From the NCBI GenBank assembly GCA_032718475.1, contig JAUCBJ010006790.1, positions 672 through 64,671 on the forward strand: DNA of 64,000 nt. Direction: 5' to 3'. The DNA is from Nemertoderma westbladi. Lineage: Eukaryota; Animalia; Xenacoelomorpha. Shown piece after piece: positions 25,451 to 36,600 of the stretch. The position numbers and the translations under genes are program-made. Below the pieces are notes generated by a model, which was given only the letters and a program-made list of their open reading frames with translations, had not been told where the DNA came from and did no database searches. Each line of letters begins with the position of its first letter. Positions within the stretch are counted from its first letter, which is position 1.

Positions 25451-27394
25451 ATGAGTGTCTCAGACAAGGAGGCACTAGAGGACAGCTATGAGACGGCGGC
25501 TGGACCGCCGACTGACGATAGCGTCAATATTACTGTTGACGACAATGCCGACTATGACGACGCAGCGAGTGACGCTGACGTAAGTGAACAGGAGGACGAG
25601 ACAGTGACTAGTGAGGAAGAACAGCAACCTCAAGTAATAGTATTAGGATCCCCTACCGCTACTGTAAGGAAGGACTGTACGGCAGCCCGGACAGAGGTGA
25701 GTGATAGGGAGGATAGTGTAGCAGAAGCGAGAGCCCGGAGCCCGGTTTCCAGACCTGTGGGTATGGTAAGTGCCGTGGTCCCAACGGCTGTAAGGAGTAC
25801 CCGTAGTTCCCGAAATAATCCTTCAAGTCCACCGAGTGTAAGTCAGGTAAGTGATAGAGAACTTGATATCGCGATAAAGAAGAAACTTCGCGCGCATGCC
25901 GGACATATAACTCGGACGGCGGACAAGGTAAGGAAAATGTTAGCTGACTCAGCGAACATCGGGAGGGTAGAGTTAGTAGAGGTTAGAAGAGGATATAATT
26001 CAGCGTTATTCAAGCAGACGGAGGAGCTTGCAGTCCTAGCAAAGAAGGCAGTAGAGTCTCAGTCGAGCGACGTAGCAACGAGGATTTACGACAGGGTTTT
26101 AGCAGCCTTGTTAGAGCACCGCGAGTTATCGGAGCGATTCCGACGAGTTAGGACGGAGAACTGGCTGCTATGGGCATCACAAGCGCAGGCGACTCAGGTG
26201 AGTGACGCTGAGTTGAGAGACTTAGTGGAGCGAGAAGAGATCCAAGATAAGGAAGAGCGCCGTTATCAGAGGGAAGTTACTAGCTGGCTGATGCAGAATG
26301 GAGTGGTTGTACCAGGCCAGGTGCTACCGACGACGGAGAACATTCAACAGAGGACGTTGACTCCACCCGACGATGCATCCAGAGACAGCGGCGATTCCCA
26401 GGTTAGTCACGCGCGAGGGAAAGTTATATGTGCTAGATCCCTTGTTTCTCACAACTCGGCGGAGGAGAGAAGACGCCGACTAGACGAACAGCAGGCGGAA
26501 GTTTTGCGTGCATCGGAAGCACGGAAGGAAGCTGAGCGGGAACGGGAGCGCGCACGTAAGTTAGACGCAAAGTTGCGGGAGTTGGAAGACAAAGGTAAGC
26601 GTGAGCAAGCGGAACGCGAACGAAAAGAACGCGAACTCCAACTGAAACGCGAACAGAAAGAACGCGAACTCCAACTTGAACGCGAACGCGAAGCGAAGAA
26701 ACGCGAACTCCAACTCGAACGCGATCAGGAAGCGAAGAAACGCGAACTCCAACTCGAACGCGAACAGAAAGAACACGAACTCGAACTTGAACGCGAACGC
26801 AAGGAACGCGAACTCGAGATTGAGAAGGAGCGACAGATGTTGTATGAAGAAAAGGCGCGACTGGAAGAAGAGAGCGTAGCGAGACGAGTGAGGGAAGAAG
26901 AAGAACGTAAACTGGCGCAGTTGGAAAGTGCGAGATTAAGTTTAGAGAGCGAAGAACGGACTAGGAAGGCGAACGAAATCGCCGAGAAGGGGATGCGAAT
27001 GATCGAAGAATGTGGGGCGAGTGTAGGGACAGAGTTGCGAGAACTGTTCGCACTGCAGAAGGCCGAACAGGAAGCGAGAACTCCGGCTATACGCGAGTCG
27101 ACGACGACCAGAATTCCTATACCCGGTCCAGCTATTACGAGTACACGGATCGCTAAACCGTTCTCTACATATCGCACGCCAGTTGGTATTAGTGCTTCAC
27201 CTATCGCGCAGGATCTACGTCATCGGAACACCGCACCACTATACACCGAACGAGAGAATGAAGAGTTTAGAGAAACTCCGACGGGACGAGTACTTGGCGA
27301 ACCGCCAAGTTTGGTTTGCGCGGTTGAACTTAGCGAACGCTATTTCGAACGCATTGGACATCTTGAGGACGGTGAATCTACCTCATCATGGTGA
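25451..27394 (+). CDS. gag: BEL/Pao Gag N-terminal part (acidic and long coiled-coil region)
   Basis: Long ORF upstream of the knuckles and pol. E/R/K-rich repeats (RELQLERE) at ~26600-26830. Confidence 0.75.
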   Translation: MSVSDKEALEDSYETAAGPPTDDSVNITVDDNADYDDAASDADVSEQEDETVTSEEEQQPQVIVLGSPTATVRKDCTAARTEVSDREDSVAEARARSPVSRPVGMVSAVVPTAVRSTRSSRNNPSSPPSVSQVSDRELDIAIKKKLRAHAGHITRTADKVRKMLADSANIGRVELVEVRRGYNSALFKQTEELAVLAKKAVESQSSDVATRIYDRVLAALLEHRELSERFRRVRTENWLLWASQAQATQVSDAELRDLVEREEIQDKEERRYQREVTSWLMQNGVVVPGQVLPTTENIQQRTLTPPDDASRDSGDSQVSHARGKVICARSLVSHNSAEERRRRLDEQQAEVLRASEARKEAERERERARKLDAKLRELEDKGKREQAERERKERELQLKREQKERELQLEREREAKKRELQLERDQEAKKRELQLEREQKEHELELERERKERELEIEKERQMLYEEKARLEEESVARRVREEEERKLAQLESARLSLESEERTRKANEIAEKGMRMIEECGASVGTELRELFALQKAEQEARTPAIRESTTTRIPIPGPAITSTRIAKPFSTYRTPVGISASPIAQDLRHRNTAPLYTERENEEFRETPTGRVLGEPPSLVCAVELSERYFERIGHLEDGESTSSW

Positions 27395-30300
27395 TCACGC
27401 CGAAGTTTTGAAAAGCGTAATAAGACGTCTAAACATGCGTTACAGACAGAAATGGCGCAAATTAGAGAATAAGTTGGAGGGCCAAGGTAAAGTATTGACA
27501 CTTCAGCATATTCATGACATGATAGCCACAGACGCAGTAGCAGAGATGAAATCAAACTTCTCAGAAGAGAATATGAGGGAGTCTAAACCTGTTACCGGTA
27601 AGTCTATGGTAAGTTTTGACGATGACAGGACCACTGTGACATTTAACTCAGTAGACAGATATAATTCGAGTACCCCAGCCTTTAGATCAGACTCGCGAGT
27701 ATGGTCAGGTGAGTGGTTAGATAGACCTAGGTTAAAGCAACAGGAGTTGCCGGATGGATTTGTAGGTTGCCAATACTGTTTACTAAAGGAGGTAAGATCT
27801 GACGACCATAAGTTAGATAGTTGCAGACGGTTCAAAGAATTAAATTCGGAACAGAGAAGAGTTCAAGTGCGGACGTTGGACACCTGTTGGGCATGTCTTG
27901 CGCCAGGCCATGTAAGGCGGCAGTGCCCGAACAGCAAGGACGGATGCATGGAATGCGGCAGACTACATCACAAGTTGCTACATGCGGATTTCCATACCCC
28001 AACGGACCGTTACTTACAGCGAAATCCTCAAAGGAAGGGGAGCAAAGAACCCGTATCGATAAGGAGGAATACGTACACTGGCATCCAAGACGATGGTTAC
28101 CAACCAGGTTCGTCGGATGAGGATGGCGAGTCGAGCGCAAGAGAGGTGACCTGCCAAGGTTTCACCGCGGATAGTTCATCAACCAGCGCGCGGACGTATT
28201 TATCATCGGCCACGTCGGAAATATTTAGCGTGATTCCGGTGAAACTCACTGGAGATAAGGGATCGAAACGAATATATGTGATGTTGGACACTGCGTCCAC
28301 ATTATCTTATATCGACGAGGAAGTGGCGAGAGCTGTTTCTAGCTTCCAGAACGCTGAGGAGATCCAAATAGAGTTGAAGTCTATGCATGGGGTAGGAGAC
28401 CTCAAGGGACACAGAATTTCGGTAGAACTAGACTCCCTACTTCCGAGAGACCAACATACTCGACAAGAACAGAAAGCTTTGCCATTGGACGGATTTAAGT
28501 GTCTAGCTATGAAGGGATTCGGCAGGCAGTTAGGTAAGGTGCCGCCGATGAGTCCCATAGCACAGGAGTATTTTGACAAGCTCAGGATACCCAGACACCA
28601 GGTAGGTTATAGGAATGTTTCTATGTTGATTGGTGCAGAACAGCTGATCGCACACCAGATATGGGAAACGAGACCAGCTGAGCCGCATGTCAATGGACCA
28701 CATGCCCATAGGACCATACTAGGTTGGTATACACGAGTACCCATGTCTTATGAGTTTACAGGTGGCGACAAGCCAATGAACAGATACGATGAATTACAGC
28801 CTATAATTCAACCACCGTTAGTAGAACCACCAGACATAGACGAGTTTAGGAGAACCTGTATTGACCACTATAGTGACTTTAGCGAGTCAGACGAGGAGTT
28901 GATTCCCGATAATGTTAGGTTGTCGGAACCACTTCATAATGACCGGACAGATAGTGAACCCGAGGACTACTGTTATCAGACCCGTGGGTCTGGTTCAGCG
29001 GCCCACGCTACCTATTTGACTAACGTTTTGACTTATACAGACATAGTGGAGGGTCAAGTGGCTAAATATCGAGACCTAGACATTTTCCAATACAGTGAGG
29101 AGGAATTACAAAAGGAATTGATACGCCAGGACCTCGAGACAGGAGCTAGAACCGTCGAATGGCTGGATAGGGACGCAATGGAACCCGGTGGATATGACCT
29201 AGCCATGTCTACTGATGAGAAACGGTCGTTGGAGATGATGGAAGATACCATACGTCTACTACCGACTGGACATTTTGAAGTTGGAATGTTGTGGCGTCGA
29301 CAACCACCTAAGTTGGAGAACAACTACAACTTAGCCTTGAAAAGATTGAACGGAGTAAGGGCTCGGTTGTTGAAGAATCCGGACATTAGGGAGAAGTATT
29401 GCGCCCAGATCAACAACTATTTCGCCAAGGGATTTGCTGGGAAGGTAGAGGACCCTGACTTAGTGACAGACCAGACTTATTACCTTCCACACCACTATGT
29501 GACTCACCCTGACAAGCCAGACAAAGTCCGAGTAGTCAACGACTGCGCAGCAGTCTATAGAGGTATGTCCCTGAATTCAGAGTTGATGGATGGTCCCAAC
29601 CTGAACAATTATTTGATTGGAATACTGTTGCGTTTTAGACAGCGGCGATTCGCATTTACTTGTGACATCGAGGCGATGTTCCACCAGGTAAGAGCATGTA
29701 AGGCAGACCAGGATAGCCTTCGCTTTCTCTGGTTTGAGAATGAAGACTTATCCGGCCCAGTGGTTACATACCAGATGTACGTTAGGATATTTGGCGCCCG
29801 CGATAGTCCAAATGGCACGCTGTTCGTTTTAAAGAAAACGGCAACAGCCCAGATTGGTAAGTATCCAGTAGAAGTAATCGAGTCTATATTGAGAAACTTC
29901 TATATGGACGACGGATTGGTGTCCAAGGACACAGCGGAACAAGCCATAGAAGTGGCTCACGGCCTACAGGAGTGCTTGGCTACAGGGGGTTTTCCTCTAA
30001 CCAAGTTCACTACGAACTCGGAGGCCCTATTAGAGTCGTTCCCGGTAAAGGATCGCGGGAGCGGAGACATAGAATTGGGGGTAGAACCAATCCCCATGGC
30101 GCGAGTACTGGGACTCGCTTGGAACCCGAACTCAGATAAGTTCCAGGTAAGCGTTAGATTTGAGCCCAGTAGCCCAGACAAAGTTTTGACTAAGAGAATT
30201 TGCTTATCGACATTGAGTAGACTATTTGACCCGATGAACTTTATCAGTCCGGTTATATTACAGGCACGAGCGTGCATGAGGAAAATTTGGTTGTCCGACT

Positions 30301-31355
30301 TAGAGTGGGACGAACCAATATCTCCTATACATGCAAAGCAGTGGAGGGAGTGGGAAGCCGAGTTGCATCTATTGAAAAATATAGATGTACCCCGTTCCTA
30401 CTTTCCGAATCAGCTGGTATTCCCAGCTGATTTAGAGCTCCACCTATTTAGTGACGCAAGTGACACCGGCTTTGGTATGGTAGCCTACCTTCGCCGAGAG
30501 GTAAGTCAGGACAAGTTTGAGACGGCTTTTGTGACTTCTAGATCAAAGACAATGCCGGTCAAATACATGACTGTCCCTCGTGCAGAGTTACAGGCGGCTG
30601 TAGTTTCGGTCGAGGTAAGTAAGCAAATAACTGAGGAGTTAGACACGACATTGACCTTATTCTATTGGACGGACGCATCCTTGGTGTTAGTATACATTGC
30701 GGCCGACAATATTGCACTAAAGACATTTGTGGCCAATAGACGCGCTCAGATCGTTGATTTTTCGACGAAGGAACAATGGAGACATTGTCCGGGAGTGTTG
30801 AACCCGGCCGACATAACTTCGAGAGGTGCAATGCCGGCGGAATTCTGTCAGGAAGAGTCGCAGGAGTTTTGGTTGCATGGACCTGATTTTCTAACGAGGA
30901 CACAGGAACATTGGCCAGAGCGACTAAAGATTGTGACCAATCCGATGCCTGAAGATGCAGAAGTCAAGGTGGAGAAAGTCTCTAAGTCGAAGTCTAAAGC
31001 CAAACTCAAGTCATTGGAGCGGCCTGAAAAGTCATTGGAGCGGCCTGAAGAGTCATTGGAGCGGCCTGAAGAGTCATTGGAGCGGCCCGGAGACCTGTCA
31101 GACCAACAGACTTACGTGACTACTAGGTCAGGAAGGGTAAGTTACGACGTAAAACCACCCTTACAGACTAGACGACAGTCACAGTTGGTAAGTGACGGAC
31201 AGAAAATGACCGACACAATGGATCCTTTGGTTTCCAAACCTGTGGGTTTTGATTCGAAACTTCCATTAGTTAGCGGACAACCGTCGCTGGCATTAGAGTC
31301 ATGCAGTATTTATGACAAATTACTAAATTCGTCTGCCTCTTGGCTGACAATTTGA
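27183..31355 (+). CDS. pol: BEL/Pao Gag C-terminus, protease, RT and RNase H
   Basis: Knuckle CWACLAPGHVRRQC, protease VMLDTAST, RT YYLPHH / DIEAMFHQV / FYMDDGL, RNase H LHLFSDAS...PRAELQAA...FYWTDA. Confidence 0.95.
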   Translation: MVLVLHLSRRIYVIGTPHHYTPNERMKSLEKLRRDEYLANRQVWFARLNLANAISNALDILRTVNLPHHGDHAEVLKSVIRRLNMRYRQKWRKLENKLEGQGKVLTLQHIHDMIATDAVAEMKSNFSEENMRESKPVTGKSMVSFDDDRTTVTFNSVDRYNSSTPAFRSDSRVWSGEWLDRPRLKQQELPDGFVGCQYCLLKEVRSDDHKLDSCRRFKELNSEQRRVQVRTLDTCWACLAPGHVRRQCPNSKDGCMECGRLHHKLLHADFHTPTDRYLQRNPQRKGSKEPVSIRRNTYTGIQDDGYQPGSSDEDGESSAREVTCQGFTADSSSTSARTYLSSATSEIFSVIPVKLTGDKGSKRIYVMLDTASTLSYIDEEVARAVSSFQNAEEIQIELKSMHGVGDLKGHRISVELDSLLPRDQHTRQEQKALPLDGFKCLAMKGFGRQLGKVPPMSPIAQEYFDKLRIPRHQVGYRNVSMLIGAEQLIAHQIWETRPAEPHVNGPHAHRTILGWYTRVPMSYEFTGGDKPMNRYDELQPIIQPPLVEPPDIDEFRRTCIDHYSDFSESDEELIPDNVRLSEPLHNDRTDSEPEDYCYQTRGSGSAAHATYLTNVLTYTDIVEGQVAKYRDLDIFQYSEEELQKELIRQDLETGARTVEWLDRDAMEPGGYDLAMSTDEKRSLEMMEDTIRLLPTGHFEVGMLWRRQPPKLENNYNLALKRLNGVRARLLKNPDIREKYCAQINNYFAKGFAGKVEDPDLVTDQTYYLPHHYVTHPDKPDKVRVVNDCAAVYRGMSLNSELMDGPNLNNYLIGILLRFRQRRFAFTCDIEAMFHQVRACKADQDSLRFLWFENEDLSGPVVTYQMYVRIFGARDSPNGTLFVLKKTATAQIGKYPVEVIESILRNFYMDDGLVSKDTAEQAIEVAHGLQECLATGGFPLTKFTTNSEALLESFPVKDRGSGDIELGVEPIPMARVLGLAWNPNSDKFQVSVRFEPSSPDKVLTKRICLSTLSRLFDPMNFISPVILQARACMRKIWLSDLEWDEPISPIHAKQWREWEAELHLLKNIDVPRSYFPNQLVFPADLELHLFSDASDTGFGMVAYLRREVSQDKFETAFVTSRSKTMPVKYMTVPRAELQAAVVSVEVSKQITEELDTTLTLFYWTDASLVLVYIAADNIALKTFVANRRAQIVDFSTKEQWRHCPGVLNPADITSRGAMPAEFCQEESQEFWLHGPDFLTRTQEHWPERLKIVTNPMPEDAEVKVEKVSKSKSKAKLKSLERPEKSLERPEESLERPEESLERPGDLSDQQTYVTTRSGRVSYDVKPPLQTRRQSQLVSDGQKMTDTMDPLVSKPVGFDSKLPLVSGQPSLALESCSIYDKLLNSSASWLTI
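31008..31088 (+). repeat. in-frame 21-bp tandem repeat (SLERPEE x ~4) in pol
   Basis: AGTCATTGGAGCGGCCTGAA tandem copies. Confidence 0.9.
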
Positions 31356-31415
31356 AAAAGAACTGCGTGGTTAAGCCGATACGTTTCGTACCTTTGTTTA
31401 AAACATTCGAAACAT

Positions 31416-32897
31416 TTGAGAGAACCATTGAGCACCAATAGTGAGCGAATTCGGAAATTGAAACAACCTCTGACAGAGGATGAGATTGATCAAGCGGAAT
31501 TAAAGCATTTGAAACATTATCAAATGTGTGCCTTCCCGAAAGAATTCCATCTATTATCGGCTCATCGACCAGTTCTCTATAAACCCCTTAGAAAATGGAG
31601 TCCATTAATCCATAAGGATTTAATTTGTCATAGATCGAGAATCCAGACTGTCGACATAAACTCACAGTTTCGGTTCCCAGTGATAATCCCTAGTCACCCA
31701 ATAGAATTGCAAAGAGCGATTCTATGGGATATACATAAGAGGTTGCATCACGCGGGAAAGTTACACTGTTTGTCGGCAGCGAGACAGCGATTCATTCTAT
31801 TGCAGCCAAGCAGGGCAGTTGGCACTATGTACGACGCCTGTCTGGTTTGCAAGAGAGTGAACGCCAGAGTATTGGAACAGGAGATGGCTGAACTCCCGGA
31901 AGCGAGAGTGCAGGCATATGACCCACCCTTTACGAATACAGGGGTGGACTGTTTTGGTCCGATTGAAGCAAAGAGTGGACGGCTGACCCACAAGCGATGG
32001 GGTCTGCTACTGACATGTATGGCGAGTAGAGCCATACATATCGAGCGTGTGGCAGACATGTCGACCAAATCTCTGCTCCTGGCCTTAAAGAGATTTATGG
32101 CCAGGAGAGGACTAGTAAAGGCGTTCTACTCTGACAAGGGTACAAACTTTGTCGGAGGGAATAGCGAGTTGAACGCGGCTCATAAAGCAGCACAGAATAA
32201 GGAAATTTCTGCAGCACTTTTGCCGCAACGAGTAGAATGGAGATTCAATACTCCTGAAAGTCCTTGGAGAGGAGGAAGTTGGGAGCGTTTAGTTCGCTCT
32301 GTAAAACAGGCCATTGCCAAAACATTGCCTGTGAACAAACAACTTACCGACGACGAACTGGTCACAGCTTTCATTGAAATCGAGCATACCCTAAACTCGA
32401 GGCCGATAGCTATGTTGCCAGACGGTGTTGCATTAACGCCGAATCATTTGCTAATGCAGAGTCCAGCATTTCTTGTGCCGGCATCAGAACCCATTAGTGC
32501 CGACCTATATAGTCGTAAAAGCTGGAAAGTAACACAGTTTGTGGCGTACACATTCTGGGAATATTGGCGGGAATACTATCTTCCCACCATATCCACCAGA
32601 ACAAAGTGGTACAAAACGGTTCGGAGTCTCCAAAAGGGAGATTACGTGTTGATAACCGAACCCATTGTCAAGAGAAAGTATTGGGAGACGGGAGTGATCT
32701 TGCACACACACCCAGACGTGCAAAACATAGTGCGCACAGTCACTGTGAAAATTAGATGCAAGTGTCCGCACCCAAAAAAGTGTAAAACTAATGGTTTACA
32801 CACCTTGGACCGACCGGTCCAAGATATTGTGTTATTAGAGGAGACACGTATCGAGACGGGAGATTATAATTTGTCTCCTGCCTCAAAACAGAGTTAG
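31416..32897 (+). CDS. BEL/Pao integrase (same frame as pol, behind a single TGA)
   Basis: HHCC (IHKRLHHAG...CLVC), GVDCFGP, YSDKGTNF, GGSWERLV, LTPNHLL and the C-terminal RPVQDIVLL motif. Confidence 0.93.
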   Translation: MREPLSTNSERIRKLKQPLTEDEIDQAELKHLKHYQMCAFPKEFHLLSAHRPVLYKPLRKWSPLIHKDLICHRSRIQTVDINSQFRFPVIIPSHPIELQRAILWDIHKRLHHAGKLHCLSAARQRFILLQPSRAVGTMYDACLVCKRVNARVLEQEMAELPEARVQAYDPPFTNTGVDCFGPIEAKSGRLTHKRWGLLLTCMASRAIHIERVADMSTKSLLLALKRFMARRGLVKAFYSDKGTNFVGGNSELNAAHKAAQNKEISAALLPQRVEWRFNTPESPWRGGSWERLVRSVKQAIAKTLPVNKQLTDDELVTAFIEIEHTLNSRPIAMLPDGVALTPNHLLMQSPAFLVPASEPISADLYSRKSWKVTQFVAYTFWEYWREYYLPTISTRTKWYKTVRSLQKGDYVLITEPIVKRKYWETGVILHTHPDVQNIVRTVTVKIRCKCPHPKKCKTNGLHTLDRPVQDIVLLEETRIETGDYNLSPASKQS

Positions 32898-33667
32898 TGC
32901 TGGACGCAACTCACTTCGTATGCATTCCTCGTATGCAAATACAAGGAAATGCATAGGAGCGGGGTTGTGGTGATTTGCGTTGAGTTTTGTCTGGTGGGTA
33001 TCAAAACAAAATTTTATTTTCAAAATTTTTGGAAAATTAGAAAATTTTAAAAAATTAAAAGTGAACCCAAGACAATTCCAGACGCTGTGTATAGACGCGT
33101 TTTAGAATTCGTCTATAGATAAACAGTAATTTGAAAAGTCGTGAAGCCTGGAAAATAGCATTTAGAAACCATGGTGACGGCTATATTACGTAGGAGTGTA
33201 AATTGAGTCTAGCAACTTCCACAGATTGGTGCCAACAGTGCAACTAAGGTGCTAAAGGTTAGTAGCACCAGAGGCGTACATGGACCCCACTCAGTAGTTT
33301 GCAGGATGTGTGATGTTCGATTATCAAACCTGTGGGTTTGGTATAGTCGAGTATTGTGGCTATAGTCCTTTCTAACTACTGTAGTTTAGTACGAGTAATG
33401 GGAGTAGTTTGGGCATCAAAAAGTGAGTTGGTCACGGCCAGTTTATCTCCAAAGTTTTTGCGCTATGCATGGGAATAGGTTAGAGGATAGTTAGTTAGGA
33501 AGAGACGGGATCTAGAGAGTCGAACCTGAACTGCTGGAAGGCGGGGGGGGGGGGGGGGGGTTCGGGAGGTCTGTCCTTCGGCGACATCTAACTGATTTAC
33601 CCACAGTGTAGTTGGTTACGTAACGGCACTTATTGGGATATATATATATGTATATACGCGTAACATA

Positions 33668-36600
33668 ATGGAGAGGGATATTAGAGCGCAACCGCGCAGA
33701 GGATTTACTGCCAGAGAGGAGGCGGAGCTACCATTCGCGCGACCAGGATGTAAAGACTCTAACGTTTACTACCATGGGCGGTCCGTGATGGAGCTGAACG
33801 GGAAGTACAAACCAAGTTATGATAAAGAATTACGGAGAGAAAGAATGAGAGCGTTGGGGGACCGGATGGAAGTCTTGCGGAGAGAGTATCGCACGCGGTA
33901 TCCCTACGACTTCGCTTTGGACGTGTGCGACATTAGCGCAGATCCGGACGAGGAAATCGCACGACTATACCATATGAATATGTATTTACGACATGAGGAG
34001 CCTCTACCTGCAGTCCGAGACCAGTTCGACGGAATGCATCTGTATCGGAGGACTCGAGGTGAGGATCAGGAGACGCTGAAAGTCTTCAGCGTGTACAAGC
34101 TCTTCTACAAGTGTGGTGAATGCATGAATAAACAGGACGTGGCGATTCCCGACCGATTAGACGAGCAACATCCGGAACCGATATTAACGCGATGTCCAGC
34201 TCACCAATTCCTTAGATACAACGAGGGAGGTTACCCGATGAGCAACCCGATGATCAGTATCGACTTCAGCAGAAAGCGACCTCCGAGACTCATTACGCCG
34301 ACCATTACGACATTAGATCCGTATACGGAGATTAAACCCTGTTCGACACCCAGTTTGATAGAGACGGCAGCAGCCATTTCGCTGTACCGAGCCTACAAGG
34401 ATCTAGAGGCGCGGCGCGAAGCGGCGCGGGACTCGGGTACCAAACCCGCGGGTTTGGAGCTCTCGAGTCCCTGGACTACGTTTACTTCACCTCACCGAAT
34501 GAGAAGCCTCACGCCTGAGCATCAGGACGACATAGACGCGTTGCGGCAGGAGGAGCGAGCGGCGAAGGCGAAAGAGTTATTTGAGAACAGGATAGCGGAG
34601 TATAATAAGACCGCGGATAGACATCAAGAGGAGACGAGGAGAGTGACCGGATTTGTTCCACAGGTCGTATCTCAACCCGGACCGGTGTATTATTCCGACG
34701 GCACCGAACCTGCGATATTAGTAGATCATCCGGAGTCGCGAGAAGCGATACGATTCTTGCCGATGGTAAGAATGGCGGACCATTGGAACGTTGACTGTCT
34801 ACGGGAAGTTTTATGCGCGAAGTTCTTGCGTGATGTCCCAATGCAGATCACAGATTATGACACGTTGGATAAGATTGGAGCTCCGGGGAAGGAGAGTAAG
34901 CTATTCGGATGGTTGGATAAGTACATCAAGGTATGGGTCGCGGTGGCTACATTCCCAGACGACGAGGAGGTAGACCAGATGTGGCTGAGGAGGAAGGGTT
35001 CTTATACCCGATATGATGACCACAAGGCTATCGAGCGCATGTGGACCCCATCAGACGAGATTCAGCGTCAGTGGAGGAAGACGGAGGAATCGCTGCAGGA
35101 TTGGAGGGTGATGTTCTACGACAATGAAGGAGGGTCCCATCAGGAATGTTTGACCAGCAAGTGTATTCAAATTCGTGCGGCCGATGGTGTGACTCATGTG
35201 TTTATGCGTGTGAGGGCGGATCGAGAGAGACCGGAGCCCATCATAACGACACAATATCGGAAAGGGAAGGATCCTAGGGAACAGATTTTGGAGGTATGCA
35301 GGCGAGGAGGTATGCACGGAGCGGAGCGTATCGACGCCAGGATGTTACCAAAGAAAGTTAGAGAGGCTATTCTCAACCAAGATTACGTCAAGGTGGGATC
35401 GGGAGTCCAGAGCGATTTGGAGAGCGACTTCAACGCCATGACTGATCTGGAAGATAGATTGCCGAGACCGTTTGTCGACACCAAGCTATTGTTGCTATGG
35501 GCACAGGATATTGGAATTTATAGGGAGTATCCCAACTCTGCCAAGACTGGTATGGGCTTTATAGCACACTTGTTGTATAATTGGGACTTTAAGTTAAAGA
35601 CGCAAAAGAAGTATGAGGAGGCGTATGGCGAATACAACACTCCACCGGGAGCGGAGTTCAAATCCCACTTCAAGCGGCAAGCGTTAGTGTATTGGAACAT
35701 TTGCGCGCCACCCCGTGCGTCGCTACAATATTATTTGGTGCTTGAGTCGAACACGGTGACTTGTTTATTAGCGGATATCGTTGCGCGAGTTTTGAAGTGT
35801 CATCCATTGGTATTTGGAGGAGATCAATACGTTCGCTCGAAAGGGGGAATCCAATCCGACGTGATGAAGCGTTTCTTAACCCCGTTCTTCAACCAATCGT
35901 TAGAGAATACGTCGATGATTAGGAGAGGATTAGCGATATTCGAAGGAGTATATCGACAGAACATCGGAGATTTGGGAGACCGACCGTCGATGGAATATCC
36001 GACGCCAGAAGCTTTGGAGAAGTGGTTCGGGAATCAAACCCGCGGGTTTGGTACTCCCTTCCACTCGGAGGCTGATAGACCTGTTAAGGAGGGCTGGCCG
36101 GAAACGTTAGTAGAGGTGTTCGGAGTAGATCTTCCGGTGGAGAAGACATATCCGAAACGAACGCGGGAGGAAATATTGGAGATAGAGGACAAGGGCGAGG
36201 ATGTTTACTTTGTTCCGGATCGACAACCGTTGACTGGAGAGGACGACATCGTATTAGACATTGGGAAGGAAGGAAGTGCGAAACCGATTGGAGACCTCAT
36301 ATACGAGAGGGCCTGGTTTCCACAAGCGCGTAGGTGCAAGTTGTGCGGCAGCACAAGGCACAATCTAAAGTCGTGCGACGCGGTAGTGGAGGCGGCACAT
36401 AAAGTCTGTCGTTGGTGTAATGAGACCGACCATTCGTTTCACACGTGCACCGTCTTCATTTCTCAATGTGGATATTGTGGGGTAAAGGGACATCGTAGCG
36501 CGAGATGTCAGCTGCGAGATGATTCCTTTCAAAACCATAGCGCTAACCTACTTCGTGAGATGTTAGACAAGTGGGAGAGTGTGGCGGATTACCATATTCA

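Noticed and set aside
26561-32771. many minus-strand ORFs overlapping gag/pol (and similar ones over ORF3)
   Set aside because: Shadow ORFs of long coding regions with no motifs.
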